Below, in pieces: positions 40,635-53,677 of a stretch of 64,000 nucleotides of DNA; the stretch's first letter is position 1, and the number at the start of each line of letters is the position of its first letter. The DNA comes from Octopus vulgaris (taxonomy: Eukaryota): the NCBI GenBank assembly GCA_951406725.2, contig OX597825.1, positions 79,732,001 to 79,796,000 of the forward strand, given 5' to 3'. The notes under the pieces are model-generated. The model was not told where the DNA came from. It did not search any database and saw only the letters and a program-made list of their open reading frames with translations. The position numbers and the translations under genes are program-made.

Positions 40635-41833
40635 AATTCAAATTACAATGGACGTAAACAAACGAAGTCTGCTTCAGAATTGTTGCGGTGTCTTAGAAAG
40701 TTAAAGAAGCGATTTTAAATTCTCAAACACAGTATAATGCTAATAGTATAGCCTGAACATGATAAGCTACTTGAAATCAGATACGAATTCATGTTGAGAC
40801 AGCCTCTACTTCTGATTCCAATCCACCTGAGACAACCTCTGATCCTATGATATCAACCTACCTGTGTTTCATTAGTTTACAAAATCTCTCTAAATTCTTG
40901 ATTCTTTCCAAAATTATTTAAAATATATAAGCAGAGTATTTCATTGGAAACATGACAACAAAAGACTAATCACATCAGATTATGTTGCTTCATATAAATT
41001 AGTTAGCAGTGAAATAACAAGTCCAATTAAATTGATTAAGTTGATTACACCTTCCTACAAAACTTGTGGCCTTGGAACACTCGAAAAAATCATTATTGTT
41101 TGGTTGTGCTGTTTGGAATAAGAACTAATCACATACTGGAGATCAAATTAAATTAACATCATCATCATCATCTGGTTGGCCAACTTACCAAGATCTGTGC
41201 AACACTTCCATGTGACAAGATGTCCCAAATGAGCAATAAAGCATGAATGTCTGGACAAGGTTTTAGCAACATTGTTTTCCCATTAGCTGAAATATCTGAC
41301 CAGCAAACACCACAACCACAGATGACAGCAGTGGTTTGCTAACTGAACTGGTTGATCCTGGCTGTTGACAATTTCTTGTCTGTTCATCTGTTCAGCATCT
41401 ATGGATGTTCACCAGTGATTCAATAAGATTCATTTGATGAAATAGTTCACATCCACAAAGCAGCATCTCATGATTTCAATGTGCTCTGACTCAGGTAGTT
41501 ATATGCTAGTAACCCCATAGCTGACACCCTAACAGAGTAGACCAAGAAACAACAGGGGTTAAGCAGTAGTTCCACATCCCTCAAAACCCTACAAGTCCCA
41601 AACAAGAGATGCAATTCAAGGCTGTACCCAAGACAAATTGTTTATACAATTCCACAGAATTTATGGTCTTGGGACATTCTTACAAATTGCTATTACATCA
41701 GGATATGTTGCTCGATAGAACTAAGTATCAATCAAATATTAGGAGTTAATTAAATCAATTACATATTCCCATAAAATTTATGGTTTTGAGACTCCTTTAA
41801 AAACTGCTATTGCATCAAATGTTATTGCTTTAA

Positions 41834-42056
41834 CCCTTTCATTACCGACCCGGCTGAAACCGCCTGTGGCTCTGTAGTACAAATATCTTGTTTTCATAAG
41901 TTTTGAATTAAAATCTTCCACCAAACCTTAGTCAATTTATCTTCCTAACACTAGCTGAATAATAATAACTAAGTGATTTTACTAAATTCTTTGTTATATT
42001 TAAGATTAAATGAAAGAAACACAGAGCATCTCAAAATAAATACAGTAAGGAAAGGG
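41834..42056. mobile_element. piggyBac-type MITE
   Basis: TTAA|CCCTTTC..AAAGGG|TTAA. Confidence 0.8.
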
Positions 42057-43129
42057 TTAAATTCTTAATCTGGAATTCAGCAATGGAATAAAATAGTTTT
42101 ATATTTCTTCTTAGATGATGAAATAAATATACCAGTAAAATATATTGTTATGTTGTATTAGAAAGAAACCAAGAAAACAGCTGCGTCAGTGATTCAAGCG
42201 GTTGTTGAGGAAGGGAAGTAACTCTGCCAATCCTACCCTCAATAAGCTGAAAAACCAGAACCAAAACGGGTCTATGAATGAGCCACTGTGTGATAACTGG
42301 TTCTGCTAAAGAAAACAACTAAATCTTCCTCAAATGATAGCCTGTCTTTAAAAAATCGGATACAATAGAAAATGTCGAAGAAAATTGGATGGATCAAAGT
42401 CAGAATATCTCTGATCCTTGGTCTGCTTGATCAGGGATGAAAATGCAAACTGACCAGAGAACATAACAGGGTTGGCAATAATGACAGCAAATAGGTTTAC
42501 ACACACACGAATATGTGCACGTGTGTATACATATTTTTTTTTTTTTCTCCAAGTTGGTGGGCATACAGGAAAAATATGAGTATGTGTATATTTTTATTAA
42601 TCTGGCCAGCCCCAAGGAAAAACTAAGCTAAGAGCATTAGATTCCTTGGAAGAAAACAGCGAATGTATACGAAAACAAGGATGGAAAAAAACGGACAATG
42701 TTACATAAATACAATAAAAATAATAACAGGACACAACAACAGGTGTCTTTCGACTAAAGACGAATTAAATTAAGCTGGCGAGTGTGGAAATGAAGCCTTA
42801 CGGCAGGGATACAAGATTTTACAAACACAGGGAGACACAGAGTTATTGATAAGGGATTATCAATCCGAGCCCACTTACTGCACAGGCTCTGAAGATGATA
42901 CTATATGTTAAGGTCATTCAAATTTTTCAATCACTTAACTGACTGACTGAGTAAATAGAACTACACCCAGAACCACGCTAATAGCTTTTGAATGAAAATA
43001 GCCATTCTAGATATTTTATTTATCCAGAAAATGAAGGGTAACGATACATATTAAGCATAAATTGAGTATATATTTAACAGAAAACCATAATAATATTATA
43101 ACATTTATTGACATAATTAATTATTTAGC

Positions 43130-43900
43130 CACATGAGCGCCATTTCGACGGATAACTTCAAGAACCCTATTAGTCATGGAATCAGTTAATTTCTAAATAG
43201 TAGCAGGTTGGACTGCCTCTAATGTAGCTTTGATGGTCGCCCATAAGACATCTTCCAACGAAAATTGATGTCCATCAGCATAAACATCTTGTTTAATGAT
43301 AGACCAAAGATTTTTGATAGGGTTGAGATCTGGATATGCTAGCGGCAACACCATCAACCTTTCACTTGTATGCCGTAAGACCCTAGGAATGCTTGGGTGA
43401 TCCGAACCGAGTTGGAGAGAGCGCTGTTATGCATGAATATGAGATTCCTTAGAAGTGACAGCAGTATGTCATCTAGCCAGGAATCCAGGAGAATGCAGTA
43501 GGCGGCTGTGGTTACTTTGACCTCTTCAGGCAACCTGACTGGGCCAATATATTTGTCCCTAATGATACCAGCCCACAACATGACCCCTCCACCCTGTTGT
43601 TGATGTCGTAAATGTTAGTGATGCTCATCTACCAACCATTTGCCCAAACGTCAGAGCCATCAAGGATCACTCTGGTTTCGTCAGTGAACAGAACACAACT
43701 CATGTTTAATGCCATGTGCTTTTGGGCCCATTAAAGCCTCAAACCCCTGTGAAGAGGCAGTTTCAAGGGTTCTTGCATGGAAGCCCAAGGATATGATTTC
43801 TGGTGGTTTTCGGTACATCAGGAAGTCCTGAGGTGGTGAAAATGGCTTTGCTTGTTTGTCCAGGTTTCCCACGTAACTTGCAGCCAATGTTCCTTAAATC
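43130..43900 (-). mobile_element. Decayed Tc1 (DD34E) transposase
   Basis: Fragments QQQGGGVMLWAGII.., FMHNSA and PDLNPIKNLWSIIKQDVY, with frameshifts. Confidence 0.8.
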
Positions 43901-44771
43901 TCTAGCTGCCATAGTCTTGGAGGTCCCACAAATGGACTGTTTCTTCCTTGGAACTCATGTGGCTAAATAATTCATTATGTCAATAAATGTTATAATATCA
44001 TTATGGTTTTCTGTTAAATATATACTGTAGAAACCCATGTAACTCACGCAATTTTTTCCGCAAAAATAAAAATAAACTTTAGAGGGTGCATAAATGACAT
44101 GAGTAGATCCATTTCCAGAATTTTTTTGAAATTGTTTTTGTTGCAAAAAGATGTATACAACATAAACATTTGTACCAGCAGCTGACTCATTTAATGTCAG
44201 AAAAGGTTTTTACAGAAAAAATAATGGCTTAAATATGAAGTTGGCTTTTGTTTATGCTGTAAGATTACAATGCACAAATAATATATGTATAAGACCCATT
44301 ATTTATGCCTTAGTGGTTAGGGCATTCAGCTCACGATTGTAAGGTCGTGAGTTCGATTCTCGGTGACACGTTGAGTCCTTGAGCAAGACACTTTATTTCA
44401 CGTTGCTCCAGTCCACTTAGCAGGCAAAAATGAGCGGTACCTGTATTTCAAAGGACCAGCCTTGTCACACTCTGTGTCACGCTAAATCTCCCTGAGAACT
44501 ACATTAAGGGGACATGTGTCTGTGGAGTGCTCAGCCACATGCACATTAATTTCATGAGCAAGCTGTTCCGTTGATCATATCAGCTGGGACCCTCGTCGTC
44601 GTAACTGACAGAGTGCTCCTAATATATATACATATATATATATATATATAGATAGATATAGATAGACAGATATAGATTGTGTGTGTGTGTGTACATCTAT
44701 TAGCACATTCATTGTTTAATGATAATATGAGAAAACAAGCATTAAGAATAATTATAAGAATCTCTAATTAC

Positions 44772-44895
44772 CATCTTCTGCATCAGCAGCCTCTTCCTCC
44801 TCATTATTCTGTAAAGCTCCTATGTCCTCATTTTCAGCTCCTTGCTCCTCAGTAGATCCAAAGATATCATCCATCTCCAAGCCAACCGATTCCAT
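44772..44895 (-). CDS. TIPIN: TIPIN-like first coding exon (acidic N-terminus)
   Basis: MESVGLEMDDIFGSTEEQGAENED..AADAED |gtaatt. Acceptor 16 nt upstream of the ATG. Phase matches the next exon. Confidence 0.75.
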
Positions 44896-46814
44896 TTTGG
44901 TTCCTCAACAGCTACAATGGTACACAGACACAAACACATCATCATCATCATCATCATCATCATGTAACGTATGTATTCCTTGCTGGCAAGGGTTGGATAG
45001 TTTAACTGGCTCCAACAAGCCTGAGGACTATGTTCAACTCTAAAGTCTAATTTGTTACAGTTTTTACATCTGAGACCCCTCACTGATGTTAACCAGTTTA
45101 CAGAATGTACAGGGTCCTTTTCTACATGGCACCAGCACTAGTGAGGTCAACTTGCAATTCAGGCTTTATGTAGTTTCTAAATTACTTTTGAAAGACCAAT
45201 TAAATGCAACAATAAATTAAAAGAAAGTTATTTTACTAAATCCCTTCAAAGTTTTTAATTACTTAAAAAAAAAAACAATTACTTGAAACTTAAGCTGTAT
45301 ATTTAACAGTGGTGTGTGGTGGTTGTATGCATTGAGTGTGCTGCCACACCCAATGCCACGAAATTTCAAGCAGGAGTACAACAAAAACTTTCTATTAAGA
45401 TTTATGATTAAATTAATGAGTAAGATTAACATTTATAATGAATTTGTCCTTTCCGATGGGTGTCCAGTGCATAGCTAGCACACCTGGAATATACACCCCT
45501 GGTATTTAATTAGCAATGTGATATGACTTGAGTATGACTTTAAAGTGCATCTGGTAGTGGGGCCCTGGTTTGGGAGATCCAGGTTTTTGAGGAGGAACCC
45601 CCTCTTGGTCATTATTGTCTACTCTGACCCAGAGTAGTAGCACCTGTTAGGGTCCCAGTAATGGGTTAATCAGCATGTTATGGAAGAAATTCCAAGTACA
45701 AACCCTCATTGCTTTTTGAGTGCCTTGGGAGAGGAAAAGACCCCACTGTAGTTAATCTCAACAGCAAATCAAAGAGGCCCTCTTTGATACCCTTCCAGTA
45801 ACTCCAGGGTATGTGACAACAGCAGAAATATATACATATTGTAGTTTTACACATATAAATACATTCTTATCATAGAGTCTCAAGTATTTAATATAAAGTG
45901 ACCTAAGAAAACTTTGATTAACTACGAAAATCCACAGAATCTTTAGATCAACTTCAGATTGGTGACTCACACTATATTTGACTTTGTTTCCTTAGATTTC
46001 TGAAAAAGTGAATATCTTTAGATAAAATTTTGTTGGGAATTATTTCAAAGAAATTCATTTGAAGAAAAGAAAAATGAAAAATGTCCCCCCAAGTTAGGAA
46101 AACAGTGATAAGAAGTTGGGACAAAAGGGAGACAGAACAATCCGAAACCCTCCCCAACCAACTTTGTTATCTTTTTATCTTTTTTTTTTTTCAGTCATTA
46201 AATTGCGACCAGGCTGGGGCACCGCCTCGAGAAATTTTAGTCGAATGAATTGACCCCAGGACTTTTTCTTTCTAAGCCTAGTACTTATTCTATCGGTCAC
46301 TCTTGCTAGATTGCGGGGACGTAAACACACCAACATCGGTTGTCAAGCGATAGTGGGAGACAAGAACCGACACGTATACGACGGGCTATTTTGCCGATTC
46401 TGTCTAGCAAATCTACTAACAAGGCCCTGGTCGGCCCCATGCTAGAGTGGAAGACACTTGTCCAAGTTGCCACTCAGTGGGACTGAACTCGGAACCATGT
46501 GGTTGGGAAGCAAGCTTCTTATCACGCAACCACGGCAGAGCTTGAATTCATAAGTATATTATTCTTTCTTGGAGTTCTGGGGGAGGGGGGTAAGTCGATT
46601 ACATCGACCCCAGTGTGCAACTGGTACTTATTTTATCAACACCGAAATTATGAAAGGCAAAGTTGACCTCAGCGGAATTTGAACTTAGAACGTAAAGACG
46701 GATGATATGCCGCTAAGCATTTTGTCCGACGCGTTAACGATTCTGCCAGCTCGCCGTCCTAAGTTTCTAAATAATGCATATTTCCTGAAAGAAATTTTAC
46801 ACAGACACCTTTTC

Positions 46815-46946
46815 AGGGCTAAGGTAAAGAATACGCACACCGGGTAGTTAGGGTTAGGGTTAGAATTAGGGGTTAGGGTTTAAGGTTAGAGATAGGGATA
46901 GGGTTACGCCGAAAACGGGTGGTATCGTATTCTTTACCTCTGCCCT
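46815..46946. repeat. Degenerate (TTAGGG)n tract enclosed by 21-bp inverted repeats
   Basis: AGGGCTAAGGTAAAGAATACG / CGTATTCTTTACCTCTGCCCT match at 19/21; telomere-like units at 46848-46905. Confidence 0.75.
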
Positions 46947-47292
46947 TTTTATATGATGTAAATGACGATTATATTGGTAAAATGTTTGAGGTAATTATTT
47001 TGTTTTCGCTTTTACCCAGGTAAAAAGAAGTTTACAATTCAATAACTTGTTAGATATCATCATACAACATTAAAAAAATGTGAAATTATTCATTAACATA
47101 AAAATCGGAAGACCTGGTTAAGTAACGGGGACATAAAAACTGAAGTTATTACGACGGATATGAATCGAACTATAAAAGAAGATATAAAACAATATATTCG
47201 AAATATTTATATTAAAAAAGAATTTATTGACATTAATACTCATCTCTAAAATAATTAGAAAATAAAGCAGTTAATTAAAAATATAAACATAC

Positions 47293-47374
47293 CAACAAAA
47301 ACCAAAGAGTAGTAAACAAGTCACAGCTGAGGAGCGACAAAAGTTTGCGGGAGATATTTCTATTTGGCGCTAAA
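47293..47374 (-). promoter_or_regulatory. Putative TIPIN promoter and non-coding first exon, with E2F sites
   Basis: TTTGGCGC(TAAA) at 47363-47374 and TTTGCGGGAGA at 47344-47354. Minus-strand donor G|GTATGT at 47292. Confidence 0.5.
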
Positions 47375-47911
47375 ATTATCTGCCCCTGATTTTATTTATT
47401 TATTTATTGCTTTCGATTTCTGTCGACAGATGTAGAGATGGCTGTGTGTTTTATATACAGATACACATTCTTTTATGCTTTTATTTCTTTCTCTTCGTCT
47501 GACTTTACGTTCTGAGTTCAAATTCCGCCGAGGTCGACTTTGCCTGTCATCCTTTGGGGGTCGATAAATTAAGTACCAGTTGCGTACTAGGGTCGATCTA
47601 ATCGACTGAACCCCTCCCCCAAAACTTCTGACCTTGTGCCTAGAGTAGGAAAGATTCTTTTATTTGTTTCAGTCATTTGACTGCGGCCATACTGGAGCAC
47701 CGTCTTTAGTCGAACAAATCGACCCCATGACTTAGTCTTTGTAAGCCTAGTACTTATTCTATCGGGTTGTTTTGCCGAACCGCTAAGTTACAGGGACGTA
47801 AACACACCTACATCAGTTGTCAAGCGATGGTGGGGAGACAAACACAAACACACAAACATATATTTATATATATATATGCTTTATTTAAAGCAGCAGAAAA
47901 TTCAACAAAAT

Positions 47912-47949
47912 CTGTTACTCTGAGTTTCTCGTTGCCGTTCATCAGACAG
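47912..47949 (-). ncRNA. Minimal hammerhead ribozyme motif (mirror copy)
   Basis: Reverse complement of 48284-48321. Confidence 0.65.
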
Positions 47950-48283
47950 TTTTTGCTAGAATGGAACCGATATATCAATTCAATCTAGACTCTTACAAAC
48001 GCTACACCTTTAAAAAAAATGGACTTGTTTGATTGGCCCTTTAGAAATAACGGTCAATCTTCGAATGATAAACAAAAAAAGCTCAAAAATAAATATATAT
48101 ATATATATATATACATATATTTTTTTTTATATATATACATATATTTTTGAGCTTTTTTTGTTTATCGCTCGAAGATTGACCGTTATTTCTAAAGGGCCAA
48201 TCAAACAAGTCCATTTTTTTTAAAGGTGTAACGTTTGTAAGAGTCTAGATTGAATTGATATATCGGTTCCATTCTAGCAAAAA

Positions 48284-48321
48284 CTGTCTGATGAACGGCA
48301 ACGAGAAACTCAGAGTAACAG
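48284..48321 (+). ncRNA. Minimal type-I hammerhead ribozyme motif
   Basis: CTGT-CTGATGA-aCG(GCAA)CGa-GAAA-CTC(a)GAG-TA-ACAG. Confidence 0.7.
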
Positions 48322-48493
48322 ATTTTGTTGAATTTCTGCTGCTTTAAATAAAGCATATTACTCTACCACTGGTATTTGAGTACTCTTTTTTCCACCTTGT
48401 TTCACATTTATGTGTTTACTCCGGTATATATATATCATCACGGAAAGAGTCGAATTTTTGTTCTGATGTTGTCGAGTTCTATCAAAGGAACGC

Positions 48494-48525
<32 letters not shown>

Positions 48526-48729
48526 AAACGGAGATGTACTTGCATAACAAGTGACCTTATCTGAGATCATGTGCTGAATCAAAAACAATTGCAGCGTGGA
48601 AGGTGTTTATAAGCCATTTAAGAAAAACACAAAAACCGTTAGATTCACTTCAACATTTAAATTTAATTTGCCAAAATATTTTCATCGCTTTGAAACCGCA
48701 ACCTGTTCACTGACAAAATTCCGTGCTGT

Positions 48730-48769
<40 letters not shown>

Positions 48770-49373
48770 GACAGGCTTCTTTCAGTCTCTGTCTACCAAA
48801 TCCACTCACAAGGCGGATCTTTTGTTTTGGTTACCAGTGGCCGCCAACATCAATTTTCTGTTTGAATTGATTTCATATTCAGTGTAATGTTACATTTTTA
48901 TAGGCTAATTAATGACGTAGAAGTAATTTTTGCTGTAAATCAATAAATTAAGGGTTATTAGTAGTTAAAGTTTGAAAATTTTGGTAATTTTAACCAATTG
49001 TAAGCCACAGACACATTCAAGGCAGTTTTGATAGTAAGAAGCAGACGTAAGAACTCTTTTGCCTGTTGCTATAGTAAAAGTCTTTGAAAAATCTTTTTTT
49101 GGATAAATCTTTTAAATTAACATAAACATTTATTTACAGGAAAGAAAATTACCGGAGACACAAGTCGTGCAGACCTGGTCAGCCATCAGAGAACTCACAG
49201 GAATCGACCCATGGTAAATTGTGATACGGCTGTTGTTCACAATAGAACATGTGGAAAGGTGTGCCTTTCAGTTGTTGGATTGAAAAGGTATGTCAAAAGA
49301 GATCATACTGTGGCACCTGTTACTTCTGCCAGCCAACACTGTTGTGCTTTATGGAATAGAATGTGCAAATCTC

Positions 49374-49626
49374 TGGGCAGGTTCAAGAGTCATACAAAGG
49401 CCTCACATTGCATCAGTAATGACTCATTTCAGTGATTCTTTCTAGCAATGGCTTTGCTCGTATACCAGAAAGCAGCTAATATAAGTATGTATGTATATAT
49501 ATATATATATATATAAATATATATTAGCTGCTTTCTCATATATTAGCAAAGCCATTGGTAGAAAGAATCACTGAAATGACTCATTACTGATGCAATGTGA
49601 AGCCTTTGTATGACTCTTGAGCCTGC

Positions 49627-49629
<3 letters not shown>
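49374..49629. repeat. Inverted duplication of a LINE-like 3' end around a (TA)n spacer
   Basis: Arms 49374-49483 and 49520-49629. The left arm continues a C2H2-like LINE remnant (49211-49435 ORF). Confidence 0.7.
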
Positions 49630-49667
<38 letters not shown>

Positions 49668-50243
49668 TTAAAGAATTGACAAACATCCCTTACAGTTGTT
49701 TCAATTCCAGTCCTTCAGAAAATTAATTAAATTAAAAAATTATTTGAAAGTCAAATCTCTTCAAAGGTAGTTAAAGATATACAAATTAGGTGTTCAATTC
49801 CTGCATGTTGAGTAAACGGCTGCAAACCATTATGATATTCCATATATATATATGTGTATATATTTGGAATATCTTATGCATATGTGAGTGTGTAAATGAA
49901 TTTAATTAATTGTTTTATAGGACAAACTTATTTAAGTTGTCAGTTTTAATATAAAACTTGACTTCTGATGTGTAGACAACCTGCCTTTGCTAAAGTAACT
50001 TAGAATTTCTTTGGGGGCCAAGGAACAATGGATTGCCATCTAGGCCCTCACGACCACAAATGTAAATTGGTGTTAAGAAATCATGGGCAGCCATGTGGGG
50101 ACATAGGTTGCAATTATATAAACTTAGGAGGAGGATGGTCAAGTGAGTAGGTAATGCATCCACGCACATACATACATATCTATCTATCTATCTCAGAAAA
50201 TGAGGCAACAAAGGAATTAAAGATTATCTTCTGAACTTCAATA

Positions 50244-50320
50244 CCTTACAGCTGTTTCTGCTATTAGATGCAGTGTATTCACAGTTGAGTGCTGAGTAAC
50301 ATGTTATAGCTTCATCGGAG
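50244..50320 (-). ncRNA. Degenerate hammerhead-like motif with long loop II
   Basis: Reverse complement reads CCGATGA-a-GCTAT...ATAGC-a-GAAA-CAGCTG-TA-AGG. Confidence 0.45.
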
Positions 50321-50414
50321 TCTGAGGCTCCAACAGAGCTTAAAGGTGTTACTTAGCAAATAAAGTTCATAAAATAACTGCTTATTCATTTGTTATTTCA
50401 TTTTCTTATTATTG

Positions 50415-50660
50415 AAGCATCAGTTGCGGTGTGCAAGAGAGACGTTTGCGCTAGTATGGCCATGTGGCGAGAATGGATGAAGATAGTTGTGTGAAAAAGT
50501 GCCACACCCTAGCTGTTGAGGGAACCTGTGGAAGAGGCAGACCCATGAAAACCTGGGATGAGGTGGTGAAGCACAACCTTCGAACTTGAGACCGAGACCT
50601 TTGGAAGTATACTGTGCGTGAGAAGACCTGGCAGGACAAGTGAGACCATAACCCATGGCC
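50415..50660 (+). mobile_element. RTE-like LINE 3' remnant
   Basis: RRLR*YGHVARMDEDSCVKKCHTLAVEGTCGRGRPMKTWDEVV. Confidence 0.7.
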
Positions 50661-52702
50661 TCAGTCCACTTATGCATACCTTTCCTTCTTGGGACACAAA
50701 ACTCTACTTGTGAAGACCTGTTGAGGCAAGTGTAATTCAAAATCAAAAATCAAAATCGATCAACATGAATGAAAATTGTAGCTGTGATACCAGTGCCGGT
50801 GGCACATAAGAGAACCATCCGAACGTGGCCGTTGCCAGCACCGCCTTGAGTGGCTTCCGTGCTGGTGGCACGTAAAAAGTACCCACTACACTCATGGAGT
50901 GGTTGGTGTTAGGAAGGGCATCTAGCCGTAGAAACTCTGTCAGATCAGACTGAGCCTGGTGCAGCCTTTTGGCTTCCCAGACCCCAGTTGCACTGTCCAA
51001 CCCATGCCAGCATGGAAAACAGACGCTAAACGATGATGATGATGATGATTATTGCTCTGTACTCCACAAGCACTTCGTTCTGAAGCATACATATACTGCC
51101 CACTGCTAGTAGGAAAACCTGTAACTGTCAGATCTTTTAACTATGTCTGTTGCATGGTTTTTGTTTATGCTATAATGTCATATATAAATGCTGAGTAGTA
51201 AACCCTCGTTCCCACCAGGCTAGGGTCTATATTGGCAACACTGTTGATTTCAAGTGTCACTACTGCACTCACATGTTTATTCTCAAATGGAGCGTCTAAA
51301 CTTTCTATCTCCCTAACTGCATAAACTACCTCAAATCCCAGAATATTCTCTGTACCGTATGGAGCCTTCCTGTACAATACTAACCCCATATTTGTAAGCT
51401 GTGTTGCAGGGAATCACTCGCAATCCTTTGCCATCATAATACCTCATTACACAATAGGTTCTCTGACATTATCTTCTCATGTAAGCATAAATTTTATTCC
51501 ACTTTTGTCCATGTCCATTACGTAAAGCTTTTATGATCTCTCCTAGTTGTGATTAAGACCTTACTTATTACATAGTTATGCTAGCAGCATTTTATTTCTT
51601 TATTCTCCCTGTCTCAACATATCTTCCTCTTCTGCTACCACCACTCCTATTATTTACCTCTTACTTCCTCTCTCTCTGTGGTGGTTTACTGGTTGCATAC
51701 CCAAAACATTTTGTACATTCCTTCAGCATATGCCCCATACTACTACTACTATTACATGATACACAAAGCATATAAAGGACTAGTACATACAGTCTCATAG
51801 TAATGAGAGTTAAGAAATGAAATTGTGCACAATTCAAAGAATTTGAAGCAAGACTCAAAACTGAGTTGCCAGACTGTGAAGCTTAAGTCATGACATAACA
51901 CAGCCTTGTTTACATGAGAGGTTGAGTTATTGACCAATCAGCAGCCAGACTTCATGAGATAGATCATTCGAGATCCTTCTGGAACACTGTGGTACAAGGG
52001 TTATATAAAGCCTTGTTTTAAATGCCAATTTTCAGTGTGTGGCAACCCACAGTCTAGCTCCACACACTCTTGTCATTTATAATTGTTGTTTCAACAACTT
52101 CTGCTCAACCTGAATATGTCGTTATAGTTGACCGATATGACTCTAATGTGTATATTTTCTCCTGTCATGGCAAGTTTCTGCACAGAGTTTTTGCAATCAA
52201 GTATTTATGAATGATGCAGAGTTATTCTTGAAATTATGTTGAATTGTGGAAACTTTCAAATTCGTGACCAACCTGAAAATCACTTGTGTGGTGAAATAAA
52301 AGTTATTATCAAATGTTTACATAGTGTTGTTATATCATACACACCCAGTCTCACATACATATCATCAAGGAAAAGCAAATTAAAACCCAATAAATGAACC
52401 AATTTTCAATTAGGAATAAAGATCAATAACAAATAAACTGTGTTGATATTTTATTTTCGAGATAAATAATTTAACTGATTCAATCTTTTCAGGACTATAT
52501 GAAAACCTTGCTAAAAAAAATTGAGTGAATTGAAAGAAAAAAAAAAAATTAGAGATGGAAAGTTTTCATTGCGTATTTACTGTAACTTGGGTGAATAGAA
52601 CAATTTTACTTTCTAGAATTATTTTATAAACATCAGTAGAGGATTAGAGATCAAGAGAGATTAATGATTAACAGTCAACAAATTACACTCAGTCACTCCT
52701 TT

Positions 52703-52972
<270 letters not shown>

Positions 52973-53099
52973 CTAATAGACTCACAGCTATAGAACTGTG
53001 GGGTGCCACTGCCCAGGGTGCCACACAGTGGGAGTGAACTCAGAACCAGACAGTTGGAAAGCAAACTTCTTAACCACAGCCACACCAGCATATGAATTA

Positions 53100-53490
53100 T
53101 ACATCATCATCATCATTGTTCAACTGTGGTCGAGACAATGGAATTTACTATGTTACACCAGACCTCATGGTCCATCATAACATTAGAGGTCCTGCTGCTG
53201 GATGCCTGTATCCCTGGAGATTACATCAGGGTAGGAGAGTGTGCGCCCTCTGGTATCGCGAGCAGATGGCTTCCAGAGGAGAAGAGTAGAAATGACCTTG
53301 TTTTCAGCTCTACAACAATGTCCAGCAAACTGGACTCTTCTACCTTTCACAAGAGATGATACAGGTGGTAATTTCCCATTTATTTGTACTTTGGTTGGAT
53401 GACGCTCCCACGAGAGATTTTGAGCTCTCATAAGGAGGCGAGTGTAAGTTCCATCCAGAACATAAAGGGCCTTCTTTATGTGCTTCAAGG
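53100..53490 (-). mobile_element. RTE-like LINE 3' remnant
   Basis: LDGTYTRLLMRAQNLSWERHPT..RRVQFAGHCCR..LLLWKP; (GAT)n tail. Confidence 0.75.
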
Positions 53491-53677
53491 GCAGATGAAG
53501 GTTTAAAAGCCCTTAATGACCACAGCATTTCTGTGGGAAATCATAAGCCTGAGTATTATTAACTTCAATAGATTCTGAAGCAAGCTGACATGAAAAAAAA
53601 ACAAACAAAAAAAAAACTGTCACCATATTTAATATCAGGCGCTTAAAGAAATTCTTCATTAGTAAAAGGTAACTTAA

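Larger units (their letters stand above)
47874..48425. mobile_element. Fold-back hammerhead-bearing element (~215-bp arms, (TA)n spacer)
   Basis: Arms 47874-48090 and 48141-48358, plus an unpaired tail to ~48425 ending in (TA)n. Confidence 0.8.
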
